Assembly (NCBI GenBank): GCA_918797485.1
Contig: CAKKNE010000001.1
Location: 5,394,001 to 5,458,000, forward strand
Source: Pelagomonas calceolata
Lineage: Eukaryota
DNA: 64,000 nucleotides
Direction: 5' to 3'
Shown: piece after piece, positions 10,296-20,684 of the stretch
Position numbering within the stretch: the first letter of the stretch is position 1
How the letters are laid out: each line of letters begins with the position of its first letter
Notes under the pieces: generated by a model
What the model saw: only the letters and a program-made list of their open reading frames with translations
What the model was told of the DNA's origin: nothing
The model's database searches: none
Translations under genes and position numbers: made by a program

Positions 10296-11564
10296 ATGGT
10301 TGCACGCCTCGCCCTGCTCCTCGTGCTACGCTGCAGCGCCTGGCATGCGCCCACGCGTGTGAGGTATATGCGCCCACTGAGTGCAGCGCCTGATGCTGAA
10401 GCACTGGCCGAGCTGCGCGTGCCCGACCTCAAGGACCAATGCCGCGCGCTGGGCCTGCCCGTCAGCGGCACGAAGGCGGTCCTGATCGAACGGATCCTCG
10501 AGGCCGACGGCGCGCCGGCGGCGACCGCGGACGCGGCGGACGCGGCCGCCGCCGCGATCGACGACGCCGGCGTCGCGCACCCGGCGGAGCTCGAGGCCAC
10601 GGCGCCGCTCGCGCCGAAGACCGGCTTCCGCGCCGGCTTCGTCGGTGTCGTGGGCTCGCCGAACGTCGGGAAATCCACAATCACCAACGCCTTGTTGGGA
10701 GAGGACCTCTGCGTGACGACGTCCAAAGCCCAGACGACGCGGCACCGCATCCTGGGCGTCGTGACGGCCGACGCCTACCAGCTCGTCCTGTCGGACACGC
10801 CGGGGATTTTAGAAAGGCCGGCCTACGAGCTCCAGGAGCGCATGATGGTCGCGGCCAAGGCGGCGGCGCGCGACGCCGAGTGCCTCCTCTTCGTCACGGA
10901 CATCTTTCAAGACGAAGAAGAAGTAAGAGACGCCTACGCGTGGATGGAGGAGCTCCTGCCCGCGCAGCGGCCGCCTGTTGTGGTTGCGCTGAACAAGGTC
11001 GACCTGCTCGAGGAGGGCCTCCTCGGCGACCGCGCCGCAAGTAGAGTAGGGACCCTCGAGGATTGTGTCGAGAGAACGAAAGCCAGCTGCCCCGCGGCGT
11101 GCGCGGTCGTGCCGGTCTCGGGCCTGGCCAGGGACAACATCGACGACCTAGCCCAAACGCTCGCCTCAAACCTGCCTCCGTCAAACTACCTCTACGACCC
11201 CGACTTCTTCACGGACCGGCCGCAGCGCTTCTTCGTGGGCGAGATCATCCGCGAGCAGATCCTGGAGCAGTTCTCCAAAGAAATCCCCTACTCGTGCGAG
11301 GTCCGCGTCGACCGCTTCAAGGAGCGGACCAAGGACGGCCGGCCCTTCGTGGCCATCGACGCCGTCGTCCTCGTCGCGCGCGACTCGCAGAAGGGCATCT
11401 TGATCGGCAAAAGAGGCAGGGGCATTAGGGACCTGGGCACGGCGGCGCGGCGGCGGCTCGAGGACTTCCTCGGCGCCAAGGTCCACCTGGCCCTGCGCGT
11501 CAAGGTGTCCAAGGAGTGGCGCTCCGACGACGCGAAGCTGCGGCAGATGGGCTACCCCAGCTAA
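10296..11564 (+). CDS. era: GTPase Era, probably plastid-targeted, with an N-terminal SAP domain
   Basis: GSPNVGKST, AQTTRHRI, DTPG, NKVD, KH domain EIPYS..SQKGILIGKRG; SAP motif LRVPDLKDQCRALGLPVSGTKAVLIERI; signal peptide ending CSA-W. Confidence 0.92.
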   Translation: MVARLALLLVLRCSAWHAPTRVRYMRPLSAAPDAEALAELRVPDLKDQCRALGLPVSGTKAVLIERILEADGAPAATADAADAAAAAIDDAGVAHPAELEATAPLAPKTGFRAGFVGVVGSPNVGKSTITNALLGEDLCVTTSKAQTTRHRILGVVTADAYQLVLSDTPGILERPAYELQERMMVAAKAAARDAECLLFVTDIFQDEEEVRDAYAWMEELLPAQRPPVVVALNKVDLLEEGLLGDRAASRVGTLEDCVERTKASCPAACAVVPVSGLARDNIDDLAQTLASNLPPSNYLYDPDFFTDRPQRFFVGEIIREQILEQFSKEIPYSCEVRVDRFKERTKDGRPFVAIDAVVLVARDSQKGILIGKRGRGIRDLGTAARRRLEDFLGAKVHLALRVKVSKEWRSDDAKLRQMGYPS

Positions 11565-11606
11565 ATGTTGTGTGTCTTCTTCTTAGTCGTGGTGGTGGGG
11601 GAGGAA

Positions 11607-12566
11607 TCAGTCGACGAGGCGCGCGACGCGCGCGAGGACGTAGCGCAGCGAGGGCCGCGCGTGGAAGCCGTGGACGCACCGCTCGGCGTTCGCGAACGCG
11701 AGCGCGTCGACGCTCGGCCGGCGCCACCGGAAGGCCCGTCGCGGCATCGGCTCGTCGGCGAGGTACGTCGCGACGAGGTCCTCGGGCGGCCACTTGTGCG
11801 CGGCGCAGTACGCCGCGATCTCGCCATCGTCAGCGTCGTCGTCGTCGTCGTCGCAGAGGTCCACGACGCTGTCGTCGCCGTCCTCGTCGCGCCAGCGGCG
11901 CAGCGCGTCCAGCGCGTCCGTCTCCGCCCCGCGCCGCGACGCGACGAAGGCCGCCGCGCGCACGGGCCCGACGCCGCGCGCGCCCGCGTCGAGGTCCGTG
12001 CCGCAGAGGAGGCCGAGGGCCACGAGCTCGCGCCGCGACCAGGGCAGCGCCGCCGCGTCATAGACGCGCGCCGTCAGCCGCTGGAGGCCGTCGACCGTCG
12101 CGCCGCGGATCACGCGCGTCGCGCCGTAGAGCAGCGCGTCGCCGTCCTCGGTGACGACGCCGTCCGCGACGCCGGCGGCCGTGAGCCGCGCGCAGCAGGC
12201 CTCGGCCTCGCCGGCCGCGACGAGCGTCGGCACGCCCAGGGCCCGCAGGAGCCGCGCGGCCTGGCGCGACCACGCCGCGAGCGCGGCGCGGCCCGGATCC
12301 GGCCGGTCCGACTTCCAGCGCTTCCGCGGGTGGCGCGCGCCCTCGACGACGACGATCGGCAGGGCGCCGTGGCGCAGCAGGAACGACGCCCGCGAGAGCG
12401 TCAGGAACAGGTGCGGGTGCTTGTGCTCCGTCTTCAGGAGCTTGGACGTGCACGCCTCGACGAGCCAGATGCTCAGGTCGACGGCGAGGACCTTACCCCG
12501 GAGGTCCTCCGCCGTTACCGGTTTGCTCCCCTGGTCGAGGGCCGGCCACAATCCGTTGACGCCCAT
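11607..12566 (-). CDS. GEN1: XPG/Rad2-family endonuclease, GEN1-like
   Basis: MGVNGLW, LRGKVLAVDLSIW, GEAEACCA, VTEDGDALLYGA, LLCGTD, GVGPV. Confidence 0.8.
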   Translation of the reverse strand: MGVNGLWPALDQGSKPVTAEDLRGKVLAVDLSIWLVEACTSKLLKTEHKHPHLFLTLSRASFLLRHGALPIVVVEGARHPRKRWKSDRPDPGRAALAAWSRQAARLLRALGVPTLVAAGEAEACCARLTAAGVADGVVTEDGDALLYGATRVIRGATVDGLQRLTARVYDAAALPWSRRELVALGLLCGTDLDAGARGVGPVRAAAFVASRRGAETDALDALRRWRDEDGDDSVVDLCDDDDDDADDGEIAAYCAAHKWPPEDLVATYLADEPMPRRAFRWRRPSVDALAFANAERCVHGFHARPSLRYVLARVARLVD

Positions 12567-12789
12567 ATCACTTGTGTGCCGCCTTCTTCACGTCGTGGCG
12601 ACGCCGCCTTTTTAAGAACGGGTCAAAGTTAAATGGGTCTCTCGCCTGAGGCGCGTGATGCTCGATTTTTTTTTGGCTGAAAAACCCGGCGTCTGGACCG
12701 ACGGGGCGGGAAGCGAACCTAGCTAGTTCAGTTCTTAATAGGCTGGCTCGCTCGGGAGGAGGAGAACACTCCGACGGCGACGAGAGAGT

Positions 12790-14800
12790 TCAGTTCCACG
12801 GCGGCAGCATCGTCGGCCGCGCGCGGCCCTTGGCGTCGCCGACCCCTAAGCCCGCGCCGCCGTCGCCGCCGCCCCAGGCGAAGTACGTGTCCTCGGTCGT
12901 GCGCACGACAACGTGGCGCGCCGACGACGCGACCTCGAGGACCGGCGCGTGGAAGCGGTGCGCGACGACGGCGGACTTCTGCTTCGAGGACGCCGCGGGC
13001 TTGGGCCCGCCGCCGCCGAAGGACGGCGCCCGCGCGCGGCCGATGCCGGCGAGGGGCGAGGTCTCGGGCGTCTTCCGGGGCAGCGTCGGCGACGCGCCCG
13101 CGGCCTGCGCGGAGGCCTGGCCGACGACGTAGACGACGCCGTCGCCGTCGAGGGCGACGGTCTCGCGCTCGTTGCACTGGACCTGGACGACGCGCACGTG
13201 GCGCAGCGCCGCGACGGGCCGCGGCGTCAGCTCGGCCGCGGGCGCGGCGCCCGCCGAGTGCTGCAGGGCCTCGCCTAAACGTAAAGCTGACTCCCACGAC
13301 GGCATCGACGCCAAACCCGTGTCGTTCTTGTTCTTGCGCGGCCGCGGCCCGAGGTGGCCGAGCGCGCCCTTGGCGCCGTCGCCCCACGTGTAGAGGCAGC
13401 CCGCCGAGTCGCAGCACGCGCTGTGCGTCGCGCCGGCGGCCGCCTGCCGCACGAACTGGTGCAGCGGCACCATCTCCGGCAGCGTCGCGTTGAGCTGGTG
13501 GCCCAGGCCGAGGCGGCCGTCGGCGCCGAGGCCGAAGGCGTAGAGCGCGCCCTCGCGCAGCACGGCCAGCGAGTGGAAGGCGCCGGCCGCGGCCTGCACG
13601 ACGGGCCGCGCGCGCAGGGGCAGCACGCGCCGCGGCGCCGGCGACGGCCGCGCCGTGCCGTGGCCCAGCTGGCCGTGCGCGTTGCGGCCCCAGCTCCAGA
13701 GGCCCCCGTCCGCGTCGACGGCGAGCGAGTGCGCCGCGCCGGCCGCGACCTGCCGCGCCCGCAGGTCCCCCTCGAGCCGCACCCGCGCCGGCGCCGGCGC
13801 CATCACGTCGTCAACGCGCGTGCCCAGCTGGTGGTCCGCCGCCTTGCCCCAGGCCCAGAGGCTCCCGTCGTCGCAGACGCAGAGCGAGTGGTGCGCGCCC
13901 GCCGCGACGCTGGCGACGCGCCGGCCCAGCGCCAGCCTCGTCGGCCGCGTCACGTCGCAGCGGCCGCTCCCGAGCCCGAGCTGGCCGCACGTGCCGCGGC
14001 CGCAGACGCTCAGGTTGTCCTCGTCGTCCCCGGCGCCCAGGAGGAGCGAGTGCGCGCCGCCGGCCGCGACGGTGCTCCGCGCGTCGAGGCGGTGGTACCT
14101 GTGTGGAAATCAACCAGTGTGTCGGGTGCATCGGCGATGACGCGGCCGACATGGCTCGGTCGAGCGGCGAGGAACCGGCATCGCCACGCCATCGAGCAGG
14201 CGTCGCGTCGATGGCGTGGAGGACGACGCGATGATTCAGCACGAGCGCGCCGTAAATTTTTGATTTCCACACAGGGTGGTACCGCGCGCAGGCCTTGAAG
14301 GCGCGCCACGCCGGCTCGCAAAAGGCGTTCGAGATGCGGCACCGCCGCGGCGCCGGCGCGTCCCGCGTCTTCGAGAGCAGGTAGCGCGCGGCCTCCTCGA
14401 CCGGCGCCGCGAAGGCCCGGTGCGTGCACACGAGCGCGCCCATGTCGTCGGCGCAGAGCTTGAGCACGCAGGCCCGGACCTCGTCCGTGCCGAGCATCTC
14501 CCAGCGCGCCGCGCCGGCCATCTGCTCCTCGTCGTTCGCGCCGCGCCGCGGCGGCTCGTAGGCGCACTCCGCGAAGCTCCGCGGCTCGATCTCGCGCGTG
14601 AGCGGCGTCAAGGCCGTGACGTCGCGCTGCACGACGACGGACCGCCGCCCGGAGTTTTTGCTCGAGAGCGTGCGCGGCCGGAGCGTCTGATGCCGCCGAG
14701 GGGTCGGCGCGAGCGTCTGGAGCCGGCTGTGGCGCTCCTCGGACTCGCGCCTCACCGCGCGCAGGGTCGCCGCCGCGAGCTGGCGCTCGATGTCCTCCAT
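12790..14800 (-). CDS. RCC1-repeat protein, 2 exons (14800-14283, 14098-12790)
   Basis: Repeated VAAGAxHSL...WGxxxxGQLG; removing intron 14099-14282 gives 1827 nt in frame. Confidence 0.85.
14099..14282 (-). mobile_element. Introner element forming a GT-AG intron, 184 nt
   Basis: TIRs ctgtgtggaaatca (14099-14112) and tgatttccacacag (14261-14274); perfect 8-bp TSD ggtggtac at 14091-14098 and 14275-14282. Confidence 0.93.
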
Positions 14801-14820
14801 GGACGGCAGCTGCTTCTCTG

Positions 14821-14881
14821 CTGCGAGGACTCGTGCGGCTGTTCGCTGCGAGGACTCGTGCGGCTGTTCGCTGCGAGGACT
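14821..14881. repeat. 25-bp tandem repeat, about 2.4 copies
   Basis: ctgcgaggactcgtgcggctgttcg x2 plus a partial copy, just upstream of the ATG at 14800. Confidence 0.85.
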
Positions 14882-15893
14882 TGTGCTGTTTGCGGACTAG
14901 TACACGTGCGCCATACGGCTAGGTCTGCTGCTCTGTCTGCTGCTCTGGCCGTTCGATCTTCATCCTCGGTATGCCTAGTATGTCAATAAACGCTAGCCGC
15001 GCTCCAGCGGCTAAGCGGCCGTGTCGGTCGTACCAGCCGTCAGCGTCGAGCTGAATGCTAACACGCGTGCCCGCAGCAGCCCGTGCCAGAAAACGCCATC
15101 GCTGTGACGTGAAAAAAAAGGCTCTCCTGGGCCTGAGGCTGCGGCTTGGCCTCTCACAGAGACGCGCGGCGCCGCTGTCCGCGCACAGCTGATTTCATCA
15201 ACGATTATCGACGGGCTGCTAGCAGGCCCGCCCAGAGCGTCGGCGCCGATCTCCAGAATCTCTCTAGATTTACGCCGACAGACTCGCGGCACCCGGTGTT
15301 TTGGGTAATCAGCGCCGTGTCGCGACCACGCCGTCGTTCGTGGTTCAGCACTTTTGCGATAGGACGGTCGTGGGCTGGATGACGTTATTTTGTCGTGAAG
15401 TCGTCGTGTGATAGTGTTCCACAGCTTTTTGTGCGTCGCGGCCTGCTTCTGGCGCCATCGCGTGCTGGCGTTATTGGGGCCCGCGCGGGTGCGCGCACGT
15501 GTCCGTCGACCGACTAAAGGTGCTCCGAGGGCGGCGCGGTCATCGCAGCGATGGCGTGGACAGTTTCTGAATTTTGCCTTCGCTGACGCCTCAGAGCGCG
15601 GGCCCGCCGTGTGGCTTGACGCGGTACGGCTCGGCGCCGAGGCGTGCGCGCACGCGCGCCGCGACGCCTGCGCGGCGTGCGGGCGCGTCTACGCGGCGCA
15701 GGAGTTGTCAATAAATAAAATACACGTCGAGGACCGGCGGCCGCCGCGAAGGTACTCGTGTTGTTGAACGGACGCCGCGCCGCGACGACGTCCGACGCGG
15801 CCCGCCAAACGAGGGGTCCAATAAGTCTAGCTCGTAAAGTATGCACCCCTAATTACCCGAAGGGACGCGCGCAACTCGGACGTGAGAACCTCC

Positions 15894-16694
15894 TTAGAGG
15901 CCCGGGAACTTGACACCCAGCCCCTTGTAGTACACGATGACCTCCTGGGGGATCTGCCGCGTGTCGATGAGGCCCTTGTCGATGTGGTACTGCATCCACG
16001 CCTTCTTGACCGGGTCGCTCTCGCCCGACATCATCTTGTAGAACTCCGGGCCGCTCTTGACGGCCTTGTACTTCTCGTGGTCGAGCTTCAAGTCCTTGAA
16101 CTCCTTTCGAAAGTCCTTGAACTGGTCCATGGTGAAGCCCGCCGTCCCGACATGATCGTGCAACCACGTCACACATTTAATGTCGGCGGCCTGGATCGTC
16201 TGGTCGATGACCGTCTCGCCCTGGTACTTGCGCTTCTTGCTCTCCCCTTCGAAGTTTTTCTCTAGATAGGCAGCATAGGACACGGGCGTGACGTAGGACA
16301 CGAGCAACGTAATACCGTCGGTGCTGAGCTGGCGCGAGGACGACAACCAGGTCGGTCCCGGGTAGCGGCCCGTCGGGCCTTGGAGTTCTTGAATTTGGTC
16401 CGCCAAATTCAACTTACACAAGCCGCGGATGGACCGCTCGCAGTGATTGAGAAACCCGTCGCCGATCACGCCGAGCTGCTGTTTGTCGAGGAACTGCCTA
16501 GCGGCGTCCGGCACCGTGACGAGGGTGGACCACGTGTCCTCTAGGAACTGCTCGCCTTGGTCCAGCAGATCTCTTTTGGCCTGCTGGTAGCTGGGGGCTT
16601 GAATAACTAAAGCACCCGTGTAGCCCGTGTAGCGGTCGTCGTAGGCCGACTTGTGTTCGCCGACCGTCGTGGTGAGCTGGAGAGCTGCGGCCAT
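15894..16694 (-). CDS. Hypothetical protein, 266 aa
   Basis: ATG-started ORF with globular, protein-like composition; family not recognised. Confidence 0.7.
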   Translation of the reverse strand: MAAALQLTTTVGEHKSAYDDRYTGYTGALVIQAPSYQQAKRDLLDQGEQFLEDTWSTLVTVPDAARQFLDKQQLGVIGDGFLNHCERSIRGLCKLNLADQIQELQGPTGRYPGPTWLSSSRQLSTDGITLLVSYVTPVSYAAYLEKNFEGESKKRKYQGETVIDQTIQAADIKCVTWLHDHVGTAGFTMDQFKDFRKEFKDLKLDHEKYKAVKSGPEFYKMMSGESDPVKKAWMQYHIDKGLIDTRQIPQEVIVYYKGLGVKFPGL

Positions 16695-17271
16695 AATTCG
16701 TCAGGAGTCTTGGTTGTCGTTCGCGCGTCGCAATCGTAAAGTTGCCGATGCCACTGCAACAAAGCGTGTGAAACCTGTTTTGCCGATGGCCCCATCGTCT
16801 CCGCGACCATCGCTTCGCGCTGATGGTGTGAGAACGCGCAGGCTGCTGCCTGACGCTGCGCACGACGCGCTTGCGCGCTGCGACGATTTCGGCCGCGGCT
16901 TCCGGTGCGATCTAACTAGGGTAACCTGGCCTACTCTAGTGCAAAAGTCCGCGCCAGCGTTCAAGATCAAGCCTCCCAACATATTAGTTGTATTCGGGCC
17001 GCCGCGGCGAGTCCAAGCGTCCCGGACGACCCCTGCGCACCTGCGCCCCGCGGGGTCGCGCGGGTCACGCGGAGCCGCAGGGCTACCGCAGCTGCCCCGA
17101 GGACGGGCACTCGCCCTCGAGCCCTCGCGGTAGCCGTCCTCGCGCCGTGGCCGGAGATGCTAGGTGCCGCAGCGTCATCGCGTCGTGAACGCCGAGTTGC
17201 CCATCTCCCCAGTAAAAGACAAAAAAAGCGAAGACGCTACTCGCGAAGGACCAAACTCACAAAACTTGAAC

Positions 17272-18561
17272 TTAAACTTTGGAACCGCCCTTCTTCGTGG
17301 AGAGCTTCGCCCGCGTCGCCGCGAGCGCCTCCTTGCGGCGCCGGTACTCCTCGAGCCGCTCGCGGTGTTCATCCTCTAGCTCCGCGAGGGAGGAGTCGGC
17401 AACGGGCGCCCGCACGACCCCGCTCTTCTTCCGGGCGCGCGCCTCCTGGAGCACCTGCCTGGCCTTGCGCCGCGCCGTCGCGTCGCCTTCGGTCGCGCCG
17501 GCGTCGTTCCGACACGCTGCGATCGCTTGCTTCGCGGACTCGTCCGTTTCCAGGGACATCCAGGCCTCCGCGACTTGCGGTCCCGCGTTCATCGGCTCGA
17601 CGCCGCTCGGGCCGCGGTCCTTGCGGTCGCTCTTCGGCGGGGCGCCCGCGGGCCGGCGCGTAATGGCATTCGCGACCTCCGCGGCCTCGGCGGCGGCCAT
17701 CGCCGTCCAGGCAGTGGCGGGCGCCGCGCTCGCCGGGGCGGGCGCTGCCCGCGCGGCGCGGCGCGCCTTGCGCTTTTCCGCGAGGATCGCGTGCACGGAC
17801 CGGGGCGCGCCGTCCGTCGAGGCCTCCGGCCGCCGCGCGGCCCGCAGGCGCGCGACCTCGGCCGCCGCAGGGTCCGCCCGGGCGGCCGGCGGCGGCGCCT
17901 TCGGCGCGTCGACGTTGAAGCGGGAGGCGGGCGGCGCGTAGGCCTCGCGCGCGGCCATAGCCGTCCAGGTGGTGGCGAATGCGGGCCGAGCGGCGGCCCT
18001 CGCGCGGACCGTGGGATCCGTCGGCGCGGCGGCCGGCGCGGCGGCTTTTGCCCGCGCCGCGTCGCCGTCGGCGCGAGGCACGTCGACCTCGGCCGGCGCG
18101 GCCTCGGGGACCCGCGCCGCCTCGGCCTCGAGCTCCAGCACGCGCGGGTTGCCGGGCTCTCTCGCCACGAGCCACGCGATCGCCTCGTCCGCGTCGGCGC
18201 GACGGCCCAGCGCCAGGAGGGCCCGCGCCCGGAAGTAGCGCGCGCGCGCGTGGTCCGGATCGAGCGCGAGCGCCTCCGCGGCCGCACGCAGTGCGTCGGT
18301 GGCGCGGCTCAGGTCGAGCTGAGCGCGTGCCGTGTTCGCGAGGCACGCCACGGCGAGCCGGCGGTCGTCCCGCCCGGCCGCGGCCGCTCGCGTCCAGAGT
18401 CGCGCGGCCGCCGCCGCCTCGCCGCGCCGGAAGGCGGCGTCGCCGCGTTTCTTGAGGGCTTTTGGTGTCTCGACCTCGTCGGCAGCCCTGACGGGTGCCG
18501 GCTCCTCTGGGGCTGCCGCCAGGCCATCGTCCCTGAGGAGATCGATGCGGACCTTAACCAT
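17272..18561 (-). CDS. TPR-repeat protein with an Ala/Pro-rich repetitive tail
   Basis: LKKRGDAAFRRG, ALALDPDHARARYFRARALLALG; repeated T(T/A)WTAMAA. Confidence 0.75.
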   Translation of the reverse strand: MVKVRIDLLRDDGLAAAPEEPAPVRAADEVETPKALKKRGDAAFRRGEAAAAARLWTRAAAAGRDDRRLAVACLANTARAQLDLSRATDALRAAAEALALDPDHARARYFRARALLALGRRADADEAIAWLVAREPGNPRVLELEAEAARVPEAAPAEVDVPRADGDAARAKAAAPAAAPTDPTVRARAAARPAFATTWTAMAAREAYAPPASRFNVDAPKAPPPAARADPAAAEVARLRAARRPEASTDGAPRSVHAILAEKRKARRAARAAPAPASAAPATAWTAMAAAEAAEVANAITRRPAGAPPKSDRKDRGPSGVEPMNAGPQVAEAWMSLETDESAKQAIAACRNDAGATEGDATARRKARQVLQEARARKKSGVVRAPVADSSLAELEDEHRERLEEYRRRKEALAATRAKLSTKKGGSKV

Positions 18562-18957
18562 GTTGCTGGTTGGGCAGCCTATGCCATCGATGATGCTGCG
18601 CTGCGCGTTCGACGTCGCGACGCCGGTTTTAGTCAAAGTGCGGGGTTCTACTGCGGGCGCGTGCCGTGGGGGGTCTAATGGGATGAGGTAGGACGCATTA
18701 CTCGCAACAGAATACTAGGAAGAACTACATTATAGACAGGCGGACGACGGCAGTTCGAGGCGGTCGATGGGCGCGGCGGTCGCGCCGACGAAGGAACGAA
18801 CTACCGACCATGGCATAGAGATACGAAGTTACTCGCACGTCGTGGCGCCCGCGCGACGGCAGCATGATCTAGTGTACGTACGCCCGGCGGCCTGCGCCGA
18901 CATAAAGCTGCAGCGTTGACGACGGGTTGGTAGACACATACATACTTACTCGGACGA

Positions 18958-20322
18958 CTACCAGGGCCAGGAGAAGAACCGCGCGCGCTTCGGCGACGGC
19001 GGCGCGACGACCTCCTCGGACTCCTCCTCCTCGGACTCGTCCTCGTCGGACTCCTCCTCCTCGGACGACGACGGCTCCGGCGCGTCAGGCCTCGACTTGC
19101 AATAATGCTTCTCGTGTTTCACACGATCACATATTCGACCGAACGGTCTATGGTCGCAATACGCGCAAGTAAAGGCCTCCAGCGGCACCGTGAGCATCTT
19201 CTTGCGCTCGTCGTTCGACGTCGAAGGAGCCATGAACTTTTCATAGGCCGTGACGGCCACGTCCTTGTCCGAGAAGACGCAGGACCGAGTCTCGGGGCAG
19301 TAAACGCGCATAGGGTCGCCGCTCATTTTTAACGGACGGCGCATATGGACCGGCGGATGAACCTCCCAGCCACCGCAGTTGGGGGACACATACGTACCGA
19401 AGTCGCTCTGGTCGCGTTCGGGCACGTTGTTCCGCTCGCGACAGTAGGCCACGATCCGCACGATCTCGTTGCGGTCCCAGGTCGGCGGGAACTGCAGGCC
19501 TTGCGAGATGTAGGAGCACACGAGGAAGCCGTTCGGGCTCAGCGTGGCGCCGCGCGGCGGCACCGCGTCCACGCCGTGCACCGCAATGATATCGTCGCGC
19601 CACCGGGTGGGGTTGCGCCGACGCCATCGAGCAGACGCATCCTGCAGCGACCGCATCGACGCATTGGTCGCCGCCTCGTTCTGCAAACCGCGCCCCCCCG
19701 CCGAGGTTCTCGACTCCAGCGCGACGTCGCGGCCCCCGGGCATGGCGCTGCACTGGCGTCCGCGCTCCGCCCTCGCCGCGATTTCGGCCGGCGAGTGCTC
19801 CTTGCCCTTGCGGTCCGTGTAGCCCTCGGTCTTGACCTTCTCCCGCTGCACCGCGCGCCCCAGGCGATCCTCGGTAACCGCCTTGAGGTCGGCCTGGTAC
19901 TGCGCGAAGGCCTCGCGGCAGTTCAGCCCGCGGACCGCCGAGAGCAACGCCACGCCGAGCTGGGCCTGGAACTCGCTCGGGTCGAGCGTGCTGTACGTCG
20001 ACACCGCCTCGATCAGGTGGTTCGTGGCTTGTTCCAGCGAGTCATGCGCTTCGACGTTGTCCTCGTTGTACCCGCTCAGCGCTTTTTCGTGGTGGCGCAC
20101 GGCCGCGAAAAAGCCGCGCACGTATCGCAGCGTGGGATGTCTTTCGTCCAGTTCGCGCCGCGCGCACGACCGCTCAAAATCCGCGACCTGTCGGTGAACG
20201 CGCCTCACGTTCTCGCGGGCCTGGGCGAGAGGACCACTTTTGATGTGGTAGAGGCGGCTGGCCGTGCTCTTGCGGCGGCCGAAGGTGCTCTTCAGCGCGG
20301 CCAGCGGGTTGATGTTCAACAT
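18958..20322 (-). CDS. Hypothetical nuclear protein with a C-terminal zinc finger and acidic tail
   Basis: FTCAYCDHRPF...KHEKHYC; (S)EEEES repeats; PSPKRAR NLS-like. Confidence 0.65.
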   Translation of the reverse strand: MLNINPLAALKSTFGRRKSTASRLYHIKSGPLAQARENVRRVHRQVADFERSCARRELDERHPTLRYVRGFFAAVRHHEKALSGYNEDNVEAHDSLEQATNHLIEAVSTYSTLDPSEFQAQLGVALLSAVRGLNCREAFAQYQADLKAVTEDRLGRAVQREKVKTEGYTDRKGKEHSPAEIAARAERGRQCSAMPGGRDVALESRTSAGGRGLQNEAATNASMRSLQDASARWRRRNPTRWRDDIIAVHGVDAVPPRGATLSPNGFLVCSYISQGLQFPPTWDRNEIVRIVAYCRERNNVPERDQSDFGTYVSPNCGGWEVHPPVHMRRPLKMSGDPMRVYCPETRSCVFSDKDVAVTAYEKFMAPSTSNDERKKMLTVPLEAFTCAYCDHRPFGRICDRVKHEKHYCKSRPDAPEPSSSEEEESDEDESEEEESEEVVAPPSPKRARFFSWPW

Positions 20323-20401
20323 CGCAGATATGTCGTTTGCTGAGCTTGATTGATTGCTGCACAGGGAGTGCAGAGACAACGGCAACCCACGTGTCCAGCG
20401 A

Positions 20402-20424
20402 GCTAGCGGCCAGTAAGACACTAG
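20402..20424 (+). promoter_or_regulatory. Bipartite intergenic motif copy
   Basis: gctagcg-gcca-gtaagacactag between divergent genes. Confidence 0.7.
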
Positions 20425-20684
20425 GGATGCCTAGGCATCCGCAAGCGCAGCAAGCAAGCTAGACGCGATCGTATAACTCGCCCCACAGCCTAAGAATTGC
20501 TGTTCGTGCAGCACCTGCACCGTGCACACAGAGCACGCAAAGCACTGCATCGCTACGCGACATTTAGACTCCTAATACAAAGAGGAGGCTGCTGCTCTCA
20601 TTACACCCGCAGCTCCAACCAGCGCGCACACCAATACCGGGAGCATCGCTCGCAGCCGAGCCCTCATCTCACTGTGCAGCAGCG

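Noticed and set aside
15408..15767. Possible small CDS in the 15.0-15.9 kb gap
   Set aside because: No convincing start codon or domain; cannot be supported without expression data.
19618..19640. acgccatcgagcag inside the zinc-finger ORF as an exonised introner
   Set aside because: Only about 14 nt match, with no TIR or TSD; may be chance.
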